DNA of 64,000 bases, taken from positions 1-64,000 of the IMG/VR virus record IMGVR_UViG_2880329822_000001, one strand, 5' to 3'. Source of the stretch: a virus (lineage: Duplodnaviria > Heunggongvirae > Uroviricota > Caudoviricetes). Position 1 is the first letter of the stretch. Each line of letters begins with the position of its first letter. The position numbers and the translations under genes were made by a program. This document shows, one piece after another, positions 1 to 8,852 of this stretch. The notes below the pieces were generated by a model. The model did not search any database, was not told the origin of the DNA, and saw only the letters and a list, made by a program, of their open reading frames with translations.

Positions 1-104
1 ATGCTGTCAGCGGTAAAAGGTAGTCTGTCAGCGGCAAGCAATATGCTGTTGTCTGTTTTTTGTATGCTGTCAGCGGTAAATAACGTATGCTGTCAGCGGT
101 TGAA
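1..104. repeat. Origin-proximal iteron group upstream of repA; at least 3 copies of a TATGCTGTCAGCGGTA-type 16-bp core (1-16, 63-79, 88-104) plus a degenerate copy near 44-58; truncated by window start
   Basis: Direct repeats read in sequence; same core recurs 10x downstream of repA; DnaA-box-like GTATCCACA at 111-119. Confidence 0.7.
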
Positions 105-120
105 CGAGAAAGGTATCCAC

Positions 121-1218
121 ATGTCCACAAAAAATAAAAAAGGCAACAGTAACAAAGAAGTAGAAGATAACCTCGACAACTTTGAAGAAGATTCTCTCGA
201 ATTGTACACAGGGGATCTAGTGCCCAATAACAATAATACTGTACAGCCTATCGCCCTGATGAGGCTTGGTCTGTTCGTTCCAACGTTAAAGGGGACTAAA
301 CACAGCAAACGTAACAGACCAAACGAGATTGATGCTTCAAAGGAGCTTGTTCAGTTAGAGGTTGCTCGTTCAGAGGGTTACTCCGATATTAAGATAACAG
401 GTCCGCGCTTGGATATGGATCATGATTTTAAAACGTGGGTCGGTGTTGTACGTTCGCTGGCTGAATACGGAGAGGCTAGTGGGCGTGTTGAGTTAAGCAT
501 CACTAAGTTCGCAAAATTTTGTGGCTACCCATCGTCACAAATTAGAAAAACTCTTCGGGACAGACTTACAAACAGTCTCCTGAAAATTATGCGTACCACA
601 TTGTCTTTTCAGCGAACATATGAAGAAAAGAACGTAGATGGCTCAAATAAGATCTCACTTCTGATGGTTCACCTCGTCAATAGCGTGGACTACAACGAGC
701 AGAAAGACACGGTCGTTTTTTATGCCGAACCTAAGCTTGCAGAACTGTATCGCTTCGACCATAAGGTTCTACTCCAGTTGAAGGTCATTAATAAACTTCC
801 ACGCAAAGAAACGGCACAGGCGCTGTATACGTTCATCGAAAGTCTTCCAGCCAAACCTGCACCGGTTTCTCTCGCTCGTCTGCGAGCACGACTAAATCTG
901 AGTAGTAGAAACGTCAGTTCGCAGAACCAGACCATACGCAACGGTTTGAAATCTCTCAAAGAGCTTGGTTATCTGGACTACAGCGAGATTAAGCGCGGAC
1001 GCTCGATCTACATTCAGATCCACAGTCGCAACCCGAAACTAAAAGTCGCTTCCGTGAAACCAGAAGGCATCGGAGAGCCAGACAAACCGACTGAAAAGAG
1101 CGGGGAAATCGATGCGAAACAGAATCTTGTCAATAAGATAACCGAGCTGTCGCAAAATCTGACGCCGGAAAACATCAAGCTGATAGAGATACTCTCAAAT
1201 AGTCTTAAACTGCTTTGA
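121..1218 (+). CDS. repA: RepA plasmid replication initiator, P1/RepFIB-type (iteron-binding)
   Basis: Protein from M at 121 (MSTKNKK...) carries NNNTVQPIALMRLGLFVP...EGYSDIKITGPRLDMDHDFKTW, closely matching my memory of P1 RepA; flanked by iterons; GAAAGG SD upstream; first 120 nt of the annotated ORF is iteron DNA, not coding. Confidence 0.85.
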   Translation: MSTKNKKGNSNKEVEDNLDNFEEDSLELYTGDLVPNNNNTVQPIALMRLGLFVPTLKGTKHSKRNRPNEIDASKELVQLEVARSEGYSDIKITGPRLDMDHDFKTWVGVVRSLAEYGEASGRVELSITKFAKFCGYPSSQIRKTLRDRLTNSLLKIMRTTLSFQRTYEEKNVDGSNKISLLMVHLVNSVDYNEQKDTVVFYAEPKLAELYRFDHKVLLQLKVINKLPRKETAQALYTFIESLPAKPAPVSLARLRARLNLSSRNVSSQNQTIRNGLKSLKELGYLDYSEIKRGRSIYIQIHSRNPKLKVASVKPEGIGEPDKPTEKSGEIDAKQNLVNKITELSQNLTPENIKLIEILSNSLKLL

Positions 1219-1735
1219 TATGCTGTCAACGGTAGTTTAACGCCCAAAGTACGCTGCCAGCGGTAAAACATATGCTGTCAGCGGTACTTTGACATTTCAG
1301 TATGCTGTCAGCGGTAGAAACTGAACACACACAATCTATTTCTACCTATTACCCAGTGGTTACTAACCTCACAGACCGCACCACATCTATGTTTGTGTTC
1401 ACTAACATTCTTTCACTGATGATATACGCTTTCGTATCAGCGAATGTAACTGTCTGTATGTATCTTGTTTAACGTATGCTGTCAGCGGTAGTTTAGGAGT
1501 GATATTTGGTTTGGATATGCTACCAGCGGTATATAGCGACCCATTTTTAGCCGCGATATGCTATCAGCGGTATTTTTGACCAGCTCATGCTTACATTTAA
1601 AAATCCGATGAGAATAGTCTTCATCGAACTTTGCGTATGCTATCAACGGTAGATACGTATCTAAAATTCGACTTTAGTATGCTGTCAGCGGTGAACATCT
1701 ATCGAGAACTTCCTGTGTATGCTGCCAGCGGTACT
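1219..1735. repeat. Downstream iteron array (incA-like copy-control locus), 10 copies of the TATGCT(G/A)(T/C)CA(G/A)CGGTA core in the same orientation with irregular spacing
   Basis: Copies at about 1219, 1250, 1271, 1299, 1476, 1516, 1556, 1635, 1677, 1718. Confidence 0.8.
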
Positions 1736-1781
1736 TTTTTACATGATATTGACTGCGATGCTCATCGCAGTCAGCTTACAT

Positions 1782-1994
1782 TTAGTGTATTTTCTTCAAC
1801 AGACCCCAGAGTGTTTGGGCTTTTGAAGTGAGTTTGCCTGATTCAGAGTCATACATGCGCCACTCACGACGCTGATGAATAATGACCCCATCCTCTCGCT
1901 CAAGACGTTCCAATGCGTCTGGTTGTTTGAATCCCTTTGCACGCCAGTAACCGCTTGCCTTTTCTATTTCCAGACCTGCTAGTGTAATTGCCAT
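1782..1994 (-). CDS. Hypothetical 70-aa protein, last gene of a coupled 3-gene operon
   Basis: ATG overlaps the stop of the upstream gene (TAATG at 1994). Confidence 0.4.
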   Translation of the reverse strand: MAITLAGLEIEKASGYWRAKGFKQPDALERLEREDGVIIHQRREWRMYDSESGKLTSKAQTLWGLLKKIH

Positions 1995-2329
1995 TAACCA
2001 ACCTCCTTGCAGTCATCGAAAAGGTAACTGACGTTCTTCGCGTGAACGCCGTAGACATCACCAGATTTGTTGTAAACGAAATTATCTTCACCCACACCAG
2101 ACAGTTTACCGTTACGTTTAGTGAGAAAGGGGGAAGACAGGACGTGCTCATCGCGCACTACATAAAACTGTTCACCGCTGTCCACAACCGTCGCGCCGTA
2201 GTCAGCTTTGACGACGTTTCGGATCACGTCGTTTTTCACTTCGGCCACAGACATTTCACACTCATAGACATGTATGTCCGCATAGACAGGGAGGGAAAGC
2301 AGTGCAAGAACCAGAGCTATTTTCTTCAT
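1994..2329 (-). CDS. Small secreted protein (111 aa) with N-terminal signal peptide MKKIALVLALLSLPVYA
   Basis: Signal-peptide-like N-terminus; start overlaps stop of upstream small gene (ATGA). Confidence 0.5.
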   Translation of the reverse strand: MKKIALVLALLSLPVYADIHVYECEMSVAEVKNDVIRNVVKADYGATVVDSGEQFYVVRDEHVLSSPFLTKRNGKLSGVGEDNFVYNKSGDVYGVHAKNVSYLFDDCKEVG

Positions 2330-2505
2330 GCCACGGCTCCTTTGATAACGCCGAATGCTGAGTCGAACACCAGCACTACTGCCAGCGCATTAATCATTGC
2401 GCCATTAACAGGCGCCAACGCTTTACGGATTGCTCCGGTGAAGATGCAATCAAGCACAAAAGCTATCGAGACAATAAGTAATAAGGTGTCTAATATAATT
2501 TTCAT
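2326..2505 (-). CDS. Small hydrophobic membrane protein (59 aa, MKIILDTLLLIVSIAFVLD...), not in the supplied ORF track
   Basis: Manually translated from the minus strand; ATG at 2505-2503, TGA at 2328-2326 overlapping the next start. Confidence 0.45.
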   Translation of the reverse strand: MKIILDTLLLIVSIAFVLDCIFTGAIRKALAPVNGAMINALAVVLVFDSAFGVIKGAVA

Positions 2506-2545
2506 AATAGGTAGATACTAACTTATACATTTTTTGTTGTAAATA

Positions 2546-2821
2546 TCACTCAAAAGTGCTGATACCTAAAATGCGCTCAAGATGAGCCGAGTCTTCATCG
2601 CTTACGGGCATCTTGTCTTCGACGTACCAAAAACTACCGTTGTGCCAACAAACACCGTCATCATCGACATACACAGAATCTGCATCCATTCCAGTGTACT
2701 CAACGAGATTGCGCTCAATTGCCGCTTGAATTTCTTCATCGTTTAGCCCGTCGCACTTGACCATGAACAACGGGTAAACGTCATAGTCGGTGCTGGCTGA
2801 AATGCGAACCAAAATCTTCAT
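2546..2821 (-). CDS. Hypothetical protein (91 aa)
   Basis: AAGGAG SD 8 nt upstream of the ATG; TAAGTACTTA motif and a hairpin further upstream. Confidence 0.5.
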   Translation of the reverse strand: MKILVRISASTDYDVYPLFMVKCDGLNDEEIQAAIERNLVEYTGMDADSVYVDDDGVCWHNGSFWYVEDKMPVSDEDSAHLERILGISTFE

Positions 2822-2888
2822 GTGTTTCTCCTTGTTGGTAAGTACTTATTTATATTAATGTGCGCCATGCGGCGCACAATCATTGTGT

Positions 2889-3299
2889 TCAGGCTGGTGG
2901 AAAGAACTTCTCAAGCGTGCGGTCGACAGCCTTATCAATGTGCATCAGATGCCAGACGACCATATCTTTACTTCCCAGCCCGCGAGTGTAGATCACGTCG
3001 AACTTACGCCAGGCGGCGTGAAACCAGTGCGGTGTATCGTCGACCGGCAGATTGTCTCCAGCCTCCTTGAAGTACTTGAGCAGCATGGCCTGTTCTGCGG
3101 TTGGCGTCGGGCCAATCTCTTCCGCGTACATTCTGACGAAACGCTGCCAGTCGGCTTCATCTTCTGACTGTTCCGGTGCGTTCATTTCCGCAATCGCTTC
3201 ACGCAGCTGCGTCGCCCATTCTGGCTCCGGGAAACCCTGGGCAATTTCGATATCCACTACATCCAGCGCAGCATTGGCCGCGTCATACAGTTTCTTCAC
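2889..3299 (-). CDS. Hypothetical acidic protein (136 aa)
   Basis: ORF with coding-like composition, followed by palindromic hairpin TTGTGCGCC-GCATG-GCGCACAA (2856-2880). Confidence 0.5.
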   Translation of the reverse strand: MKKLYDAANAALDVVDIEIAQGFPEPEWATQLREAIAEMNAPEQSEDEADWQRFVRMYAEEIGPTPTAEQAMLLKYFKEAGDNLPVDDTPHWFHAAWRKFDVIYTRGLGSKDMVVWHLMHIDKAVDRTLEKFFPPA

Positions 3300-3654
3300 T
3301 TTTTTTCTCCTGCATTAAAAGAAATACAATCATTGCAGCCCTGAAAGGGTTTGTGTTCTGAATTAAATGCTGTGGTGTGGAGTCGTCTACTCTTCTATGG
3401 GCTGCTCTCCACTCATCTGGCTGTTTTGCTGGGATTACGCCGATTCTATTTTTGAAAATGATGTCACAGGCATCGACAGGATCGTTGCACCAGTCGAAAG
3501 ACCCAGCTCCGTTTGGGCCGATCGCAATTACTGCTGTGTAATCCCCCTCCTGAGAACCCTTCCAGCCGTATTGGGAGATTAACGGTCGATGGCCAGTAGC
3601 TTCTGCAACGAGGCAATTGATCTCAAAGTCTGTCATTTCGGAGTAGTTTTTCAT
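3283..3654 (-). CDS. Hypothetical phage protein (123 aa)
   Basis: ORF overlapping neighbours at both ends (operon coupling). Confidence 0.5.
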   Translation of the reverse strand: MKNYSEMTDFEINCLVAEATGHRPLISQYGWKGSQEGDYTAVIAIGPNGAGSFDWCNDPVDACDIIFKNRIGVIPAKQPDEWRAAHRRVDDSTPQHLIQNTNPFRAAMIVFLLMQEKKSEETV

Positions 3655-4403
3655 CGACCATCCTCTTTATCTAACAGTTTTTGTATACTGATATCTAAAT
3701 CATTTTGCCTTTCACACAGCTCAATCATTCCTGCTCGCATCGCAGCGCCGGAGATATATGCTTCAACTTCTGCCTTGCCAGAGGAGACGATTTTATCCAT
3801 CGACTCTTGCATCAGCTTGGTGGCGAATGACAAATTAGAGGGAAGGTTGACAGTAGCGGCACGAAGCGATGTGTAGACATCCTCAAGTTCACGTTTGCCA
3901 GCTCTACCCTTTTTAACCAAGTCGCCAAGACGAGCAACTTCGTCTTTGATCTTCTCAATTTCTTTGGCTGTTGTGGTCTCTATCTGCGATTTGAACTTGT
4001 CACGAACACTTTTTTGTTCCGTAATACCTGGCAGCCTTTCTGCCTGCCCCAAACTCCGGTAAGAAATGGTACAGGGCACCCCATCACCAACCCCGAAGCT
4101 GCTAACCATTGCGGCCCATTGTGCCTGGCTGAGTCGAAATTCAACGACAGGTCGGCGCCTTTCTGGGCTTCTTCGTGGGGCAGGATGCTCGCGATACATC
4201 ACCATCTCCGCCTCGTAGATCCCGATTTCAATGTATTCCTGGTGATCCAGTTCAGAATCGAATAAACGAATACCTGTGGTGTGTACACGGTTCGTTTTAA
4301 CAAGACCGAATGCTGGGTGTGACTGGATGGTTTCGCCGTGTTTGTTAATTGTTGTTACCGGATCTTCACTTTTACGATTGTTCATATCACTCTCTTGGTT
4401 CAA
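3651..4403 (-). CDS. Hypothetical protein (250 aa)
   Basis: Long ORF, start overlaps upstream gene. Confidence 0.55.
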   Translation of the reverse strand: MNQESDMNNRKSEDPVTTINKHGETIQSHPAFGLVKTNRVHTTGIRLFDSELDHQEYIEIGIYEAEMVMYREHPAPRRSPERRRPVVEFRLSQAQWAAMVSSFGVGDGVPCTISYRSLGQAERLPGITEQKSVRDKFKSQIETTTAKEIEKIKDEVARLGDLVKKGRAGKRELEDVYTSLRAATVNLPSNLSFATKLMQESMDKIVSSGKAEVEAYISGAAMRAGMIELCERQNDLDISIQKLLDKEDGR

Positions 4404-4460
4404 TAAACGTTTTGAAATATCATTAACGGTTATAGTTACTTCATATTTTTATGTATGAAA

Positions 4461-5285
4461 TTACTCATTCAGATATTCATAATTTTCATCCATGTTGTAT
4501 TCTTGTGGTGTAGCTCCAGGGTGACACAATTCAAAGGCGAATTTTCGCCATTTCAATTTTTCTTCTGGTGATTGTTCGCTATATGGTGGCGCAATATCTT
4601 CGGAATCCAATTTGCCTCCACGAAGAACAATAGAGCCGCAGTTACTACCTATATCCTCGTCAGCGTAATGAACGATGAATTCTAGATGAGGGAAGCGACT
4701 TGCCAGTACGTGATAAACTGGTTCAGGACAATTCCAGGCTGTATCGAAACGAATAACCAAATCACCACCACTTATAGCGTGTCTCGCCAAACGTTTTTTA
4801 AACAGGCGCTTTGCATATGCTCGAACATGAGTTTTGCGGTGTCCGTGTCCGTACTTGATTCGTTGTTTGACGCGTTTTATAGGCATTTCTACGCTATACG
4901 CATTCCACTTGGTTCCCCAATTAGCTCGTGACCAGTCGTACCATGAATAAAAACCGTAACGACGCTTATTCTCAATGCGAAGCAGTGCGTGGGCCTTTAT
5001 CTTACGGAGATATTTCGGAGTGGTTCCACGTCGAATCAGATCGAGTTCAACTTCTTTTGGTGTCTTGACTTCGCCAAAATAGAAATCACTCATAGGATAT
5101 CCAGCAATGGCTGTCGCCATTGCTTCAACGGCACCGCTTTCTTCGATGTCCATACTTTTTGGGCGTTTGCAAATGTTGTTAAAGTCAATGAGTCCGAATT
5201 TATTGGTAATGGCTCGTATGAAAGCAAGGCGTTGCTTATTGGTTCCACCAACAACGCGGATCTCATTAGTTACATGGTTAGGCAT
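4461..5285 (-). CDS. Hypothetical basic protein (274 aa, K/R/H-rich centre)
   Basis: AAGGATGA SD; AGAAAACAAATT leader motif 19 nt upstream. Confidence 0.55.
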   Translation of the reverse strand: MPNHVTNEIRVVGGTNKQRLAFIRAITNKFGLIDFNNICKRPKSMDIEESGAVEAMATAIAGYPMSDFYFGEVKTPKEVELDLIRRGTTPKYLRKIKAHALLRIENKRRYGFYSWYDWSRANWGTKWNAYSVEMPIKRVKQRIKYGHGHRKTHVRAYAKRLFKKRLARHAISGGDLVIRFDTAWNCPEPVYHVLASRFPHLEFIVHYADEDIGSNCGSIVLRGGKLDSEDIAPPYSEQSPEEKLKWRKFAFELCHPGATPQEYNMDENYEYLNE

Positions 5286-5341
5286 AAATTAATCATCCTT
5301 CTAAATAATTTGTTTTCTTAATTTAGATAATAACTAAAAAA

Positions 5342-5367
5342 TTACGGCGTCCAACTCGACGCCGTAA
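5342..5367 (-). terminator. Intrinsic terminator after the SPFH gene (10-bp stem TTACGGCGTC/GACGCCGTAA, then T-run on the minus strand)
   Basis: Perfect hairpin followed by TTTTTTAGTT on the minus strand. Confidence 0.55.
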
Positions 5368-5380
5368 TAATCTGATGTTT

Positions 5381-6211
5381 TTATTTCACTGTTATAAAAG
5401 GAGTATTTGCCCCTTGAGTCATATATTGAGGTAGCTGACCATTCCATTTGTTAATGGCTTCAAGTTCCATAACATTAGGGTTTTGTCTAAGCGCTTCCCC
5501 TCGCAGTTTAATAGCGTCCGCTTCTGCTTCTGCACGAGCGCGGATAGCATCCGCTTCACCATTAGCCTGTTCACGTAGCATGTTGGCTTCAGCTTTACGC
5601 TGCTCAACCTCCTGCTGACGCTGGAGTGTTTTCTGGTTCGCGGTTACTTTGGCATTGATGGACTCAATGACCGTATCCGGATAGTCTGGTTTACCTACCC
5701 ATGAAAGACTTAATACCTCTATGCCAACGGGGGTCATTTCTTTCTGAATATCTTTCAGCGCATTGTCGAGAAGAGCAGCCTTTCCGCCATCAATGAAAGC
5801 ATCGGTTGTCATGCGACTGGCAAGACGGTTTAAAGAGTCCGCAATCTTCTGACGTAGATCTGTGTCGGTAATATCGTCAACACCTTTACGATAAGTCTGG
5901 AAAACGGTTGTGACTTTGTCACGATTTACAAGATATGCCACACCGATCTTATGGCCGATCGCCGTTCCATCACTCATTTGAAAAGTGAACGGCTCATCAT
6001 AGGTTTTCATCTGTTTGAAAGTAGGAAATACATACAACTCGGTATTCAAACCAGTCCACTGACGACCGACTCCAACAACTTCTCCGATACCTTTGTCTTC
6101 GCCTAGCTTGTTGACTTTAATACCTACGTAACCTGGCTCTACGCGATCACAACCGCTAAGGCCAATCGTACAAATGGCTGCCAGAACTACTGCCAATAAA
6201 CCTTTCTTCAT
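5381..6211 (-). CDS. SPFH/band-7 (stomatin/HflC-like) lipoprotein
   Basis: Lipobox MKKGLLAVVLAAICTIGLSGC; SPFH-like core and C-terminal coiled-coil E/A/Q/R-rich region. Confidence 0.7.
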   Translation of the reverse strand: MKKGLLAVVLAAICTIGLSGCDRVEPGYVGIKVNKLGEDKGIGEVVGVGRQWTGLNTELYVFPTFKQMKTYDEPFTFQMSDGTAIGHKIGVAYLVNRDKVTTVFQTYRKGVDDITDTDLRQKIADSLNRLASRMTTDAFIDGGKAALLDNALKDIQKEMTPVGIEVLSLSWVGKPDYPDTVIESINAKVTANQKTLQRQQEVEQRKAEANMLREQANGEADAIRARAEAEADAIKLRGEALRQNPNVMELEAINKWNGQLPQYMTQGANTPFITVK

Positions 6212-6414
6212 TACTTATTTTCCTTCGATTTTTTCAGTGTGTTGATGTAATGACGCCCTATGATGAAGCCGACAACAGGGAAGCCAAATGCTGTTGAAAA
6301 GCCGATTAATAAAGCCAAATCACTTTTGGCTGAAATCAGCGACGGAACAAGTAATCCGTACACAATAGAGACTGATACTACAGTCAATACCGCCATGAGA
6401 TACCCTTTAATCAT
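6211..6414 (-). CDS. Small 2-TM membrane protein (67 aa from MIKGYLMAVL...), possible NfeD-like partner of the SPFH protein
   Basis: Internal ATG chosen because the TAAGTACTTA operator motif (6446-6461) lies inside the longer annotated ORF; start/stop coupled to the SPFH gene. Confidence 0.45.
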   Translation of the reverse strand: MIKGYLMAVLTVVSVSIVYGLLVPSLISAKSDLALLIGFSTAFGFPVVGFIIGRHYINTLKKSKENK

Positions 6415-6475
6415 GTGTTTCCTTATGTTGTTTGTTTCCTGAATGATAAGTAAGTACTTATATATTTTCAAGTGA

Positions 6476-6507
6476 TAAAAAAGGCGCCCAATGGACGCCT
6501 TGTTTTT
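6476..6507. terminator. Bidirectional intrinsic terminator (AGGCG-N9-CGCCT hairpin flanked by A6 and T6)
   Basis: Hairpin with U-tract on both strands immediately downstream of the recombinase gene. Confidence 0.5.
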
Positions 6508-7579
6508 ATTCTTCAATCTCGGCTGGCGCTGACTCCTTTGCCCGTCGCTCATCGACTGCTTGAAGCGCCGCTATGATTTCTGGAAGTGGCTTATCGCGGT
6601 ACATCTCGACGATCTGCGATTTCGTGTATTTCTTATCGCCAATTTCTACGCGCCCGCTGGCGTTCTTGGGCAGGTATCCTTCCTCCAACATGTACTCAAC
6701 CAGAGATTCGATGACGTCCAGCCCGCGAGTCGGGTCGAAGTAGAATTTCCATGAGCATTTGCCAAACGGAGGCGCAACTTTGTTTTTAATGCATTCGGCG
6801 CCAACGTCCTGTCCGATCTTTTCTTTCCCATCCTTCATAACGGATGCACCCAGACGAATACGTACCGATGCGTAGAACTTTGGTGAGTCGCCACCTGGTG
6901 AGGTGGTCGGGTCGCCAAACATAACCCCGATTTTCGTGCGTACCTGATTCAAGAAGATGATGCACGCATTGTATTTACGCGCCCACAATGCCAGCGTAGG
7001 GAAGTTGGCGCTCGTCGCACGCGCCAGCGCCGTGTTATCGTTCATATTCAGTTGGTCTTTATCTTTCGCCGTACCATCTGCCATCTTAATGAACTTTTCG
7101 GCTTTTGAATTAGGCACCATTGATGCCAGTGAGTCTGCTACGATGCAGATTGGAGCATCTTTAGGAATAAGTTCTTCGTCGCGTACCAGTTTGAGAATAG
7201 TGCCGATCAACTCAACTGATTCTTCAAAAGTGTCAGGTTGTTTGTAAACCCACTGACCGTCGTCTTCGTCGGCATTCAGACCGTTCGCTACTGCCAAACC
7301 AACGTCAAAACTGTTTTCGTGGTCCAGAAATACGGCCAGACCATCTTGTTTTTGTGCTGAGATCATTGCGGCCGTCGCCAGAAATGTTTTGCCGGCACTT
7401 GGCGGCCCGAATATTTCAACAATACGCCCTGATGGAAAGCCACCGTCGTAGCGGCCGGAGATGGCTTTGTTCAGCGGAGGGAAACCTGAATCAATCCAGT
7501 GAGAGACCTTCTGAATTTCGTCGTTGCTGCCTATTTTCTTTTTCAGAGCCAGCGAGAGAGGGGATTTTCCTTTGGCCAT
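6506..7579 (-). CDS. RecA/UvsX-family recombinase
   Basis: Walker A GPPSAGKTFLA and RecA-core-like layout. Confidence 0.75.
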   Translation of the reverse strand: MAKGKSPLSLALKKKIGSNDEIQKVSHWIDSGFPPLNKAISGRYDGGFPSGRIVEIFGPPSAGKTFLATAAMISAQKQDGLAVFLDHENSFDVGLAVANGLNADEDDGQWVYKQPDTFEESVELIGTILKLVRDEELIPKDAPICIVADSLASMVPNSKAEKFIKMADGTAKDKDQLNMNDNTALARATSANFPTLALWARKYNACIIFLNQVRTKIGVMFGDPTTSPGGDSPKFYASVRIRLGASVMKDGKEKIGQDVGAECIKNKVAPPFGKCSWKFYFDPTRGLDVIESLVEYMLEEGYLPKNASGRVEIGDKKYTKSQIVEMYRDKPLPEIIAALQAVDERRAKESAPAEIEE

Positions 7580-7581
7580 GT

Positions 7582-7848
7582 TCAGGCTCCTTTTGTTTCG
7601 TTGATACGCTTTGAAGCCGCGGCTTCATCAAATTTGATTAGGTCGTGATTCAGATACTTTGCAACACGACCTATTATTTTCACTACCTGTTCGCTAACCA
7701 GTGTGAACTCGCGCTCCGTTGCCGATATGCCTGCCGCACCAAGAATGTTGGGCAAGGCGACAACAGCGTGTTCGCCGTGGCAAAAAACAATTTCTTTAGC
7801 TAGCATGGTTGGCGTTGTAGCCCCGCCATTAATGATGGATTTCAGCAT
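7582..7848 (-). CDS. Hypothetical protein (88 aa)
   Basis: ORF coupled between the recombinase and nuclease genes. Confidence 0.4.
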   Translation of the reverse strand: MLKSIINGGATTPTMLAKEIVFCHGEHAVVALPNILGAAGISATEREFTLVSEQVVKIIGRVAKYLNHDLIKFDEAAASKRINETKGA

Positions 7849-8792
7849 TAGCAGTACCTCTCAAATGGCAGAACAAACACATCAAGATCTTCAAGAAATG
7901 AGCGAAAATTCAGTTCGTGGCACATCTCCTCGAAAGCTTTCATATCGCGAGCGCCCTTAATCGACTCTATCTCGCTGGGTGGGAATTTTGTGTCAATAAG
8001 GTTCATCAGCGTCATGTTGCGCTTGAACGCCTCAAGCATTCGACAGCCAGTTTTTTCGTTGAAAGCGTTCTTTGCCAGCTTGTTGAATGCCGTTTTATAC
8101 CGGCCTTTGTCGATTACGATTGAACCATCATTCACGCCTCGTACCATCGAGGCGACGCTACCCCATTCGTGTAGCAGCTCTTTCGCACCTCCATTTCCAA
8201 TACCACCAACACCTTTGATATTGTCTGAGGTATCGCCCTGTAGTGCTTTGGCTTCCAGAAATGCGCGTGGAGTTGGTAGACCGATCAGTTCTGCGAATTG
8301 TTCGAAGTTAATCTGCTTGTGCTTCGCGTCTTCGCGCAGACTTACCCAGCTCACGTTCTCGCGTACCAACTGGAGCCAGTCGCCATCACCTGTCAGTAGA
8401 TAAATGTGGTCAACGGTCGGCTGCGGAGCCAGACGCGATACAAGCATTCCTGCAAGGTCATCAGCTTCTGCGTCCTTTGCGATGAGCTGGTTAACGCCAA
8501 GCGCAGTCATCATTTTGAGGATGTAAGGCTTCTGGATGGAGAAACCCTCTTTCATCTTTTTCATCTCCGGATCGTCATCGCGATTAGCTTTGTATTCCGG
8601 GTAGTAGTCGCGGCGTTTGTCGCTGAATCCATCCCACAAGATCATTGGGCGGGCGTGGAGAATTGAGGAATAACGACGGACGTTTTTCACAAAACCAAAT
8701 ATGGCCTGAACTTCCATATCGCCATTATGTAATTTGTCGGATTGCTGGTGGTAATAGCCAAGACTGTTACCATCCACGAAGAGATAATTCAC
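7848..8792 (-). CDS. 5'-3' exonuclease / flap endonuclease (Pol I 5'-nuclease / T4 RNase H family)
   Basis: N-terminus MNYLFVDGNSLGYYHQ typical of the family; acidic metal-binding clusters; helix-hairpin-helix-like GGIGNGGAKE. Confidence 0.75.
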   Translation of the reverse strand: MNYLFVDGNSLGYYHQQSDKLHNGDMEVQAIFGFVKNVRRYSSILHARPMILWDGFSDKRRDYYPEYKANRDDDPEMKKMKEGFSIQKPYILKMMTALGVNQLIAKDAEADDLAGMLVSRLAPQPTVDHIYLLTGDGDWLQLVRENVSWVSLREDAKHKQINFEQFAELIGLPTPRAFLEAKALQGDTSDNIKGVGGIGNGGAKELLHEWGSVASMVRGVNDGSIVIDKGRYKTAFNKLAKNAFNEKTGCRMLEAFKRNMTLMNLIDTKFPPSEIESIKGARDMKAFEEMCHELNFRSFLEDLDVFVLPFERYC

Positions 8793-8852
8793 CGGTACAC
8801 TCCTTCCAAAAAGTAAGGCGTCCGTAGACGCCTTACTGGTCTCGTTATGGGA

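Noticed and set aside
111-119. DnaA box GTATCCACA at the repA start
   Set aside because: It is a single 8/9 match overlapping the start codon. It is suggestive given the P1 precedent but too weak to annotate alone.
1-120. N-terminal 40 codons of the annotated 405-aa ORF (MLSAVKGSLSAASNMLLSVFCMLSAVNN...)
   Set aside because: The repeated MLSAV peptides are the iteron DNA (ATGCTGTCAGCGGTA) read in frame. The true RepA start is the ATG at 121 with an SD.
1-1735. Iteron arrays as a possible CRISPR array
   Set aside because: Repeats are 16-19 bp with highly irregular 20-175-bp spacing, they bracket a rep gene, and no cas genes or leader are present. This is classic iteron organisation.
1988-2521. 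177-aa plus-strand ORF
   Set aside because: Antisense to two short, translationally coupled minus-strand genes that have signal-peptide and TM features. No RBS.
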